Source of the DNA: the human T2T-CHM13v2.0 reference genome, Homo sapiens
Reading direction: 5' to 3' (one strand)
Assembly: GCF_009914755.1 (NCBI RefSeq)
Contig: NC_060933.1
Length of the DNA stretch: 64,000 nt
Made by a program: the position numbers and the translations under genes. Each line of letters begins with the position of its first letter. Position 1 is the first letter of the stretch. Shown here one piece after another: positions 52,880 through 64,000 of this stretch. Below the pieces are notes generated by a model. That model was not told where the DNA came from. It saw only the letters and a list, made by a program, of their open reading frames with translations, and ran no database searches.

Positions 52880-52893
52880 TTAGCCATCTTTTA

Positions 52894-53041
52894 ATAATGA
52901 GCTCCTAAATATGACTCAGTTGCTGCATTCCGTGTTGTTCTGTGAGGTAGATGAGGTCTGACAGTGTATAATGAGCTCCTAAATATGACTCAGTCGATCT
53001 GTTCCGTGTTGTTCTGTGAGGTAGACTAGGTCTGACCGTGG
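52894..53041. repeat. 74-bp tandem duplication (2 copies)
   Basis: ataatgagctcctaaatatgactcagt... begins at 52894 and again at 52968. Confidence 0.93.
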
Positions 53042-53810
53042 TGAAGTGGCTTGTGCAATGTCTCTTAGATGGTGCTTTCCAGTTCTTGTTTAACGTGCGT
53101 TCCCCTCTACCGAGGAAGCTGGTTGCTGGAAAACACATGAAAACATATGCACCTTGCTGTTTTGTTGTCTTTTCTTTCTTTCTCTCTCTTCTCATGGCAT
53201 GCTTTGAAACAGATTAGAGTTGTGTTTGGCTTCAAATTGCTGCAGTTGCCCATCAAAGTAGTGCCGTGGTGTAGGGTTAGCAGGGGTGCTGTTGCAGAGA
53301 AGTCAGTGAGTCTAGTGTTCAAATGCAATGTGACTGAGTGCCCCTGAAGCCAGGTGCTCACCTTCTTACAGGCAAGGGCTGTCTGTCAGCCTACACACAT
53401 AGACTGCAGGTTTGAAAGTGCTATGTGAAGCTTTTGTTTAGCATTCTGACTTGGGCCATTGTGGTATTACCGGAAAAAAAAATCTGAAGGAAAAACATAA
53501 AAAAGCTTCGCATACACAAATCTATCATCCGACATCAGGGAGGTTGTGGGGAGTCAGGACCAAGCAGAGGTTCTTAGATATGGTAATTAGAAATCACCCC
53601 ATTCTTTCGTTCATTCATTATAATGTACTACCCTGTCAGAATCAGCTAGGGAGCTTTTTTCAGGGTATGCTGGGTACTTCATCCCTGAGGGATGTATGTT
53701 TCTGCTGTCCTTCATTCTCCCAGGTGCCAGTTATTGCTGGTAATTAGAGGTGTTAGTGATTCTGCCTCTGTAATGGTATGGAAACAGGAAAAAGGCTTAG
53801 AAAGTGCTAA

Positions 53811-54104
<294 letters not shown>

Positions 54105-55401
54105 CTAACAAGATTATTTTTAAGGGCCCTTCCAGCCCTGCAACTTGTATTTAGAGAACAGAATTGTTCTTTGATCCCCTAGGGCTTTATTGACAGAGTG
54201 AGATAATTGATTAAAAGAATAGTAGTATCTTTTGAGCAAGATTTTGGGGTTGTCAAGATGGTACATGGAGGCATATTGCTTCTTGACTGCTGAGTGGGGT
54301 AGTGCTCTGATTTTATTGTTCATGGCAAGAACAATGATTTGGCTCTTGGTTGAATTTCTAAAACATTAAAATTAGTCTTTCCTAGTTCCTTTGTTATGTG
54401 GAAACATTAAAAACAGAAAAATCTGATGGTGACATTCCAGTTTTATTAGCATTATTACTTATCTTCAGACTGTCCTTTGTCAGACCCTCGGGCAGGGTTT
54501 TGGGCTCATTCAGGGAACTTTCAAAGTTATTTGTATAGGAAACATTACATAGCTTTGTCATTATTTAAATACTGTGTAACAAAGCATAGCATTGATAACA
54601 GAAGAGAGAAGCATGTAAAATATTTCACAGGGATAAGCATGGAGATGAGTGGGTTCACTTTGAGCAAGATAATGACTAAGGCAGGGAAGGAGAGTGACCT
54701 CTGCTTGAAGGCATTTTTGCCCAGTTGTGCTTCACTGGATATTACCACAGTATGGCTTTCAGTTTGAGGATTTAGTTCTACTTGGGAAATATTACATGTC
54801 TTCCGTGTACGGGGCTGTGACTGGAAGGAAGTTTTCATCCTTTGATTATTTCTGAAGTTATTAAACTATAGCAATAGTTGGTTAACCATAAGAATTTTAT
54901 TAATAATTAGTTATGATTTTAAAATGAACTTGATATTTATAGAATTTGAAAAGAAATTGAGACACTGTCTTCCATCTAAAAGAAGAAAAGTAGAACTAAT
55001 TAAATCATTTGGCTAAGATAGGAATAGCTGCACCTGGGAAATACTTGTAGAAAATAATAGGCCAGTAAGCCTACCTAGGAGGAGAGGAATGAGGAGATTG
55101 AATTGGTATGATTCAGATCCTAGGAGTAAACTGAGGATCAGAGTAGGAGTAGAGCCATCTTGCCTTACTTTTTCCTCCTTTCTGCAGATAAGGATAGCTA
55201 AATTTTCTGTGAGCATATGGTTGAACTTTAGATTGAGGAGCTTTAACTTTACCAATTTTTCAGAAAAATGAATCTGCATATATAAATATCTCCATATCCT
55301 ACCTTTTTGTTGGCAGGCATATTCATATTACATGTATGTGTGTGTGTGTATGTATGTGTGTGATGAGGAAGGCTGACCCTCTTGTTTGGAAGGGACATAC
55401 C

Positions 55402-55441
55402 CCCACACCCACACCCACACCCACACCCACACCCACACCCC
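55402..55441. repeat. (CCCACA)6 hexamer repeat
   Basis: Visible directly in sequence. Confidence 0.92.
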
Positions 55442-56617
55442 TTTTCTGGGTATATTTGTGATGTAAGCCAGGAATTAAGAACTGGTAAGAAGTGGCCATA
55501 AATATACATTGGGTGATAGTCATTTAGTTATGCTAAAATTTTATCTTCCCATTTCGGTTGGAACAATTTCATTAGCAGTGCCTTAAGCAACAGGATATAT
55601 GATTGAATTTTCTTTTAGTGAATTGCATAGTTATATCGGATCCAATTAAGTTTTGCATATGTTATCAGTAGCATTAAATGAAACCAAGTGTGGTGTTAAG
55701 TAAAATTAGTTAAGTTACTTTAGTAAGAAGTAACTTGTACTAAGTATATATTGAGCTAGTAAGTACAGCAAATAGAGGTCTTCAAAAGTATAGTTTATAT
55801 GTAAAACATGGAATGATTATTCAAATTTATTGTTAATATCCTCATTAAATTTCCTCATTAAAATGCCTTTACAATTTAGTATTTGTATAGGATATTATGA
55901 GATTGTTGTTTTAAAATTTCTTAGCAAGTCCATAGTAAAAATAACTATGGAACTAGAAATGAGTATTTCTGTTCTTTAAGGGTGAAAATTTTTTGCTGTA
56001 ATCAAGATTTTGAAAGTCACATAATTATGAAATAAATAAAACTTTTTTTAAGGCTGATAATCTTTTGCTTATTAAAGTCTGTTTGAAAATTACGGTGTTC
56101 TTAGTAAGATTTGGTGGAAATATAAATGTTGGTGTAATAATTTTGTGTTCTGTTCTGCTTGTCAATAAAAATATTTTAAAATTTAGAAAGAGAGCAACCC
56201 AGATTTTCTTAAAAACAAAAGCCAAAATCAACCAACCGCAAAACGAAAAACATACAACCAAAACAACCCTAGAGTGCTGGGGTGCTATGAGAGCTGGCAC
56301 AGAGGGTCTCTAGGCTGTGACTAGCTGTCTTGTTGCTGAGCAGTTTACCTGCCTTGGGCCTTTGTTCCCTAATTTGTAAAATGTGGTTGGCATGATGAGT
56401 TGTGACATTGAAATTGGTAATTTATAGGCATATTTTTTTTCTGTTCATTGTCTAAGGAATATGACTCTGTGATTGGCTTTCTAATCTCTACTCAGTTCAT
56501 CTAAGTGGAGTTTGGTGTTGAATTTCTTTTATGTGACATTATTTAGGAATAGATGTCCTTAGGCTACTAGCTGAAAAATTATAAACCTAAAATTTTTACT
56601 TATGTTTAAAATTTTAG

Positions 56618-56667
56618 GTATGCTATACCTCCGGAGCATGGAAAACGACTTGAAAGACTAGCTCAAG
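56618..56667 (+). CDS. KDM4C: Lysine demethylase 4C, next coding exon (probably exon 6; (W)[16 protein letters not shown](G))
   Basis: ttttag|GTATGCT...GCTCAAG|gtaaaa. The phase matches the previous exon (TG|G = Trp) and continues the known KDM4 sequence [20 protein letters not shown]. Too short to appear in the ORF track. Confidence 0.96.
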
Positions 56668-59376
56668 GTAAAACTTGCTTTTTAAATTTGTTTTCTGTGT
56701 TTTATATGTTTCTGTGTTTTGTAGGTTCTTTGTTTTTGAGGTACTTTTTACAATATAGACCGTTACTCTGTTGGTTTTATTCTATTCAAGTTATTGACTT
56801 TTACATGTTTTTTTAATTGAACAATTTTAAATTTTTTCACCTTAGTTTGTGAATATTATTTTTTCCCTATTGCATAATCGTCATGGTTATTTTAGTTGAC
56901 TGTTTAGTATTTCATCAAGTGATTGCCCTTAATCTGTTTTGGTAGTTTCTAAAAAAATTGTTTTTAATGTAATGCATTCAACGTCATTGTGCCAATAATT
57001 TTTTTTTAAATTAAGTTACATTCTTCCAGACGGTATTGTTGCTGCATCTTGGGGTATGGTTTTTTCATGACTACTTTTTCTGTTGATCTGCTGTTTCCCC
57101 CAAGGGTTATGTCACTGCCGACGCCCAGTTCTTCTGTGGCCCACTGGGACTGGAGGTGTGCCCTTAGGGAAGTGTGAAGGTGAATGGCTCTGAGTAACAA
57201 TACACATGAGATTTTGGGCCTTCTTGGACTGGCAAAATTAAACTTACTTTACTGCAGGTTGCATTTTTATTTTTCATGGCCTGCTGCTTCTTCTTTAGGG
57301 CCAGAATAAAGAACTTTTCTGGACCTCTATTGATGATCCTGTGCCTGCTTTTGTGTGTGTAGACAATGCCAATGCAAGCAGCCACCTTCCTCCTTCCTCC
57401 TTTTTTTTAAAGATAAGCCAGGCGGCCTTGCCCTCATCTACTTACGTATGGGAAGCAGAGTCACATTCACCCCCTGCCATCCTTATCTTCTGTTTTGCTA
57501 GCCACCCTTCCAGAAAGAAGATGTAGGCTGGTAGTGACTTATTTCCAGGGAAAAGTGGAGTTCCATTTGAGTGACAACTGAGGAGCAAGGCCTTCTGCCT
57601 TTATCCAGGATTGAGTCCTCAGTGAGCAGTGCTCTTTTAGTCCAGTGCAGATCTAAGTTTCATTGGTGTGTTAGGTTTGCCTTCTATTAGGAAAAGAATT
57701 TTGTTCCTGCCTTATATGTGCTTTCAATTAATAATGAAATGGGGACACTGAGAAACCTCATTGCTTGACTTGACAGTTTTTAACAGAAACTGTTAATGGC
57801 ACCTAAAGGTTACTTTTCCCTAAATTACAGAAGAGTATTAGAAGGAACAGTTATAGTATTACATTTTAAGAAGCATTATTATAATTTTGTCAGGCTAATA
57901 ACTATAAAGTGTCTTTTTAAAAATGTAATACATAATAGTAATAATAGCGATTGATGTAATTGTAATCTTGAACTTTGTTAGGGACTGTTTTCATGAATAA
58001 GTTTTGGATAATAGATTAGAGTAGAGCTTATAAGATGATTACTGTAACACTTAACTACATAGGAAGTGAACTTTGTGTTAAGACTATATTCTCAACTGTC
58101 TTCTTCTCTGTAATAAAATTTTTCCACCATTTTCTATTAATCTTGCTACCAGAGAACTTTTAAAATGAAGCCGATGTAAACCTTACAATATTGAGTCACA
58201 GACTAAAATTTCTGATATAAACTTCTAATGCTTTGACGTAAACTGTCTGAAAATGACATTCCAGAAAATGGTTACCGTTTGTTTAATCAGTAAGAGGTTA
58301 ATGAACTTGAAGGATGAACAAGAACTTGAAATCAGTTGCCTGTTTATTCAAAACTCTTTTGCAGCAATATTTTGAGGAATAAAGCAGGGAAAAGACCCTG
58401 CAAGATAGTGAAGGATTTGTATCTGATGACCAGATGCCAGCCAAAATAATTGAATTCTGCTAAATAATTAAAATGATAAAATAATGCAGTGCGAATGATG
58501 GAGCATTTTAGAATGTCTAGCTCATAGCAACACTTGATTCATAAAATGAAAAGTAGGCTCAGATATTTTCCATTATCTTGTCTGCGCATCATAATTATCA
58601 CACTTGCCTTTTATGCGTGAATGCTTTCATCTTTGGTTTCTATTGAAATCTTGATTGACTGTGGCACCTACAAATATTTTATCCAAAAGACATTAGACCT
58701 GCATCTAATAAAGCCAGGAGTTTGATTTCGCCCTTCAGCTGCTTTCTTATTTATACAGGTTTTCCCCATATTATGTAGACATAAATGTAATAAAAATCTC
58801 AAGTGAATTGTTACAATTTTTATACTTGTTATATTCGTCTGTAATGCCATTGCATTCTTTCTAATTTTTGGTTTGATACAATTGGATTGCAAATATGGAG
58901 GAGAAGAGAGTTATAATGTTAAATCATGAATGACAGTTTGGAAGATTTTCAGTTTTTAAAATGTCTAAATCTCACCTATTTTAGAAAAAAGATAATATTG
59001 CTGTTATATTAAGTTAGGTAAATTGAGAAAGTGTACAGATTTTTGTGAAAAGTAGTATTTCATATTTCATTTGTCCTTTATTGGGAATAAAATGCTATTA
59101 TTTTAAAAAACTGAAAAGGATTTACTTTGAAAATTTTGGTTACTCGTCCAAAATATGTGATTTAGGACTTTGTGCAGCCAGTTTTGAAAGTGTGAACAAT
59201 TAGGAGGAAACTTATTTCAAAGGACAGTGTAGTGGAAGTGAGTCAATTCTTTTAGATCCTTATATTTACTTGAAACAAATGTTGGTTTTGTTACCTTATT
59301 AAAAAAGCAGTATTTAGCAAAAGGGAATAGAAGAAACATTGCTACCGAGGGTTAGTTTAGTTCATGCTTTTAAGCA

Positions 59377-59378
<2 letters not shown>

Positions 59379-59420
<42 letters not shown>

Positions 59421-59435
59421 CACGTGCACGCACAT
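59379..59435. repeat. (TG)n/(CG)n alternating purine-pyrimidine tract
   Basis: 57 nt of uninterrupted alternation. Confidence 0.92.
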
Positions 59436-61594
59436 TGTGGAATTTTTTTAATGGCTAGTAATCTTGATTTTAATCCTGTGGAGTAAAAGGTCATAGCCCG
59501 ATTTGCAGAGATCCCTGTGCCAGGGGGTAGATAAAGGTCAATGGGTGGGATGCAGACAGGCATTCAGTGGACTCTTTGAAATTATATTCAAAGTTGGGCA
59601 TATACGTAGATTTCTGGGAACGCCATCATCAAATCCCCTGAGATCGTTTGGTCCGAAAAGGATTATGAGCCACTGCTGTCAAGAGAATAGAAGAGCAGCA
59701 ATAAATAAATCATTTTAATTTTATGAACAGATTCTAAATTAACCTGCTCTCATACCTCTCTCTTGGAAATTAGGGAAATGTACTTTTATTAGCTCTCAAA
59801 ATGGTAAATATTATTCCCTTAAGCATTCACTTAGCTGATAGTCTGAAATATTATATTGAAATGTCTAGTTTTGAAAGGCTTATAAATAAAATACCTCTGA
59901 TTATAAATAATCAATTTTAAAGTACCCTGTAAGCCATAAAAAATGCAAAAGACCAGTGATATATCCTCTGCCTTCATGCCTAACTCATGCCTTAGGCATG
60001 GAGATCAATGTGTGGTGCGTCAGGGTATGTTTATTTTCGTCTATCAGCTGGATTTCACTAAGAGTGAAGAAACGGTTGGTAAACTTAATTTCTTAACAAT
60101 TTGATGTCAGTGATATCACTGTCTGTATTTAAATGTAATTGGATATTTTATATCCAGCCATGTTCCTAGTGGGATTTTAGACATCGGGCAATAATACATG
60201 AAATACACCCAAATAACATAATTCATTTGTGAGTGAAAGACTTTTAGTTCCCTTCTCTTAACCGAGAATGGAGAGGAAGAATTCAGGAAATGAATGTCAA
60301 CTAGTAGGGAGGAATTATGGGGAAGTGAAGATTTCTTTGATTTGAGGGTGCCAATGGGGCTGGGCAGAGGCAGAGCCAGAAGAATCCTGGTTAGTTTAAC
60401 TCTGACCCGTTTGATCCCAATGTTCTTGGCTTGGGGAGTCCTTGGTGACTTGTGCGTAGATTATCCATGGATATTTCAAGGGGGTGGGAAGTGAGAGCTG
60501 AAATTAAGTGGTCTCAGGAATGCAGTAAAAAAAACCCCATGCGTGTAATGACACACACACCAGTTAAACTGGGTGGAAATTTTAAATCTCGGTTTTCTGC
60601 TAATTATCTTGAAATGGAAAAAACTTGCCCATTACACAACGCGCACCATGTCTAGGAGATTAAAACAAGCCACTTGTTTAGGAGAAGCGCCATTCTCCAT
60701 TCCAGGATCAGTATGAAGTTCTCCTGGCACTCCTCCTGGAGCGCTCTGCTGGTAGAGATGTTGATGGATTATGGGACGTTAGGGTCAAGTGAGGCCTGGG
60801 AAAGGATAATTTTCTATCCATTCCTGAGTAACCACTCCGTGAACGTTAGCAAGCACCAAGAGGCCAAATGTAATATGTGCCTCTCATGTCAACCTCTCAA
60901 GTAGAGCTGTGGGTAAATGTTACTAGGTTTCTCTGCATACAATGTAGGTCATTGGTTCTTTTCATAAATAAGCTTGCCAAGAAATTTCATGTGTAAATCA
61001 AATACAGTACATCTGTTTCTGAAAGCATTTTTCACTGAACCAATTTTCTATACCTTTTTCTTGTATTCTTTTCCTTAGCTTTTGTTTATATGGTTGCTAT
61101 ATTTTTCAAGCCTCATACCAGTCATATTAAACCATGATAAAACTTCATCAAAGCATACTTGGGCAAATTTCAATTATCAAGTAAAATTGTAAAGAAAAAT
61201 TTTTTACTAGTTTGGAAATAGATCTACATGTTTGATTTTCTTTCCTTCCTCCCTCCTTTGTTTCTTGTCTTTCTCTCCCCTTTCCTAAAAAGTTAATGGC
61301 TATCATTATCTTCACCAAATTAGTGTTTGTATACCCATAAAAATGTCACTAAGCTTTGATCTTAAACTCTTTTCTCAAGGCTGAAATTTTTGGTGATTTA
61401 ATACTATAGCGTGTGTTTGTATTTGAATCATAAAAGATTGGGATTTAAAAATAATTTCTTAGCAATAGCTAATATATTATAAACTATAAACCAGTTGACA
61501 GTATAGAGAACTTCTCATTTGAAGGAAGGAACACACCTGTTCCATATTTTTAGACACATCCACTCTATTTCAAAAATAGTTTCAAAAGATTTAA

Positions 61595-61975
61595 TGATTT
61601 TTTTGAGTCAGTTTTATTCAGGTAAAATCTACAGTAAAATTCACTTATTTTAAGAATAGAGCTCATTGAGTTTTGACAAATGTTTACAGTGGTGTAATTA
61701 ATAAACCACATGATAAGCCACTGTTATCAACATGTAACACATTTCCAATACCCCAAAAAAGTTCCCTCACACCTCTTTGTACTTAACCACTCTCCCCTTC
61801 CCTGTCACCCACTAATCTGGTTTCTGTCCCTATCGTTTTACCTTTTCTAAAGTGTCATATAAGTGGAATCATACTATGTGTAGACTTGTTTTTTGCTTTT
61901 TTCACTTAGAATAATGCTTTTCACACATGCTCACTTTTACATTGTATGTGAAACATCCTTTGGATGGGTATAGCA
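61595..61975 (-). mobile_element. L1MB-type 3' end fragment
   Basis: cagttttattcaggtaaaatctacagtaaaattcac...gagttttgacaaatg...aagtggaatcatac. Confidence 0.65.
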
Positions 61976-62926
61976 CGTGATCCTTGAGAGAGCTTATGAG
62001 ATCCTACACACTTCTCTGTGTTGCAAAACTCTCAGCAGCACTTTGGTGTTCTTAGGAAAGGTTATTGTGGATTGCTTTTAGGGTTTTAGGGCTCTGTTGG
62101 GGTCTCTGGAATACAAGCTTTTTATTATCCTAGCCTTCCATCCCTCTAACTTATTATTTGGATTGGAAGAATGATTCCAAAGACCATCTTTGCTTGCTTG
62201 ATCCTGTATAATATCTTAAAAAAGACAAAAAAAAAAAAGGCAGTTGACTTTAGTATGGCAAGGAATTGACTGTGTTTTATAGACTATGGAGTGAGAGTGA
62301 GTATGAACCATGTAGCCCTGCAGGTATTTTGAGGTAAAATTCATTTTAAGGCACATACTTTGTACATAAGATGCGTTGTTTATGAAGTGTTTTTCAGGAC
62401 TATGTAAAATATAATTCTGATAGCATATTGTAAATATAAATTCTGAACCAATGTGAAATTCTTAATATACTGCAAATTACCTTCCTTCAGTGGTTTTCCA
62501 ATTTAGGTTAACTTATGACCAGTCACCACATTGTTCAGGTCCTGATTACAAATCTATATTGAAAGAAAATGGAATAGACTCTTCTTTCTTCACTGATTTT
62601 AATTTAAAACTTAATTCATCAGTGTTGCAGAAAGTTACAGATTTGAGAAGTTTGATGGATCCATTTGAATTGTTTATAAAAACGTTCCCATGGATTGTGC
62701 ATTTGGGGACTGCCCCTTGGTGCCCTTCTCTGTGTGTAGGACTTAGGACATCTTGTTGTGTGGACATGGCCATTATATTAGTGTCTTACTTTCCCTCCAC
62801 TCACCAGTGTTTTATTTTGTGTTTATGTATTATGAATATTAACCATAAGCAGAGGGCTGCATTATTAAGAGACATTGTAAAGAATTAACATTTCTCATGT
62901 TTTATTGAACTTCCTTCCTTCCTATC

Positions 62927-63522
<596 letters not shown>

Positions 63523-64000
63523 AAATTGGTCACGTTCTTGAGTTATCTGCATAGAGAGATCCACAGAGTTAGATGTCACATTTCCAGCAGTTTCCCCCCT
63601 CATTCTGGTGGTGGAGGAGTCAGACAGCATCTACGCCTCATCCTGTCACACATATGCATTGCATGTGCCTTCCTGGTGCCTTCTCTCTTCCTTTTGTGTT
63701 CTCCCTCCATGATTCTCTGTCTTTTCCTTGTTTCTTGTTTTTCCAATCCCTTCAGCATGGCTGCCTTCCCTCTGAGTGAGGAAGGTGTGGAGCAGTACAT
63801 CAGACATGTTCATTTTCTTCCAGCTTGCATCACTGAGTTAATGAGAGTCTGCCTCAGACAGAACTGCAGGTTTGAAGTCAGCGATGGAGAAAACTGACTC
63901 TGTCTTGGCGTATAATATACTGTTGAATGAAAGGGTTGTTGTATGTTTAACTTCCTCATTTAAAAGCCTCCTCAAAACACTTCTCCCATTCAGGCTGTTC

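Noticed and set aside
62481-62888. Candidate cryptic exon / 132-aa ORF after cttccttcag
   Set aside because: The translation does not match the expected next KDM4C segment (GFFPSSSQG...), which lies beyond the window, and there is no convincing donor.

Overview
This is eukaryotic DNA, almost certainly human (about 50 Alus, including one AluYb-lineage element), and almost entirely intronic. It lies inside the + strand gene KDM4C (JMJD2C, a JmjC histone H3K9/H3K36 demethylase). Two coding exons are present. The first, 26098-26291 (194 nt), encodes the Fe(II) ligands H190/E192 and the 2-oxoglutarate-binding K208 and ends in a non-canonical GC donor. The second is 56618-56667 (50 nt). The upstream intron holds a full-length, sense-oriented processed pseudogene of ACTB (10967-12760) that retains its zipcode and poly(A) signal. 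The rest is Alu, L1, L2, MIR, LTR and DNA-transposon debris, plus a 35-nt U2 snRNA retro-fragment. Almost all ORFs in the supplied track are Alu-derived or antisense artefacts. I see no evidence of a new multi-gene system. The most interesting items are RNA-processing features (GC-AG 30 kb intron, AG|GT recursive-splice-like exon start, a possible Alu/actin-pseudogene terminal exon, closely spaced inverted Alus) and several unusual insertion or repair events. Repeat boundaries and subfamily calls were made by eye and are approximate. Gene names and exon/residue numbering come from recall, not a database search.
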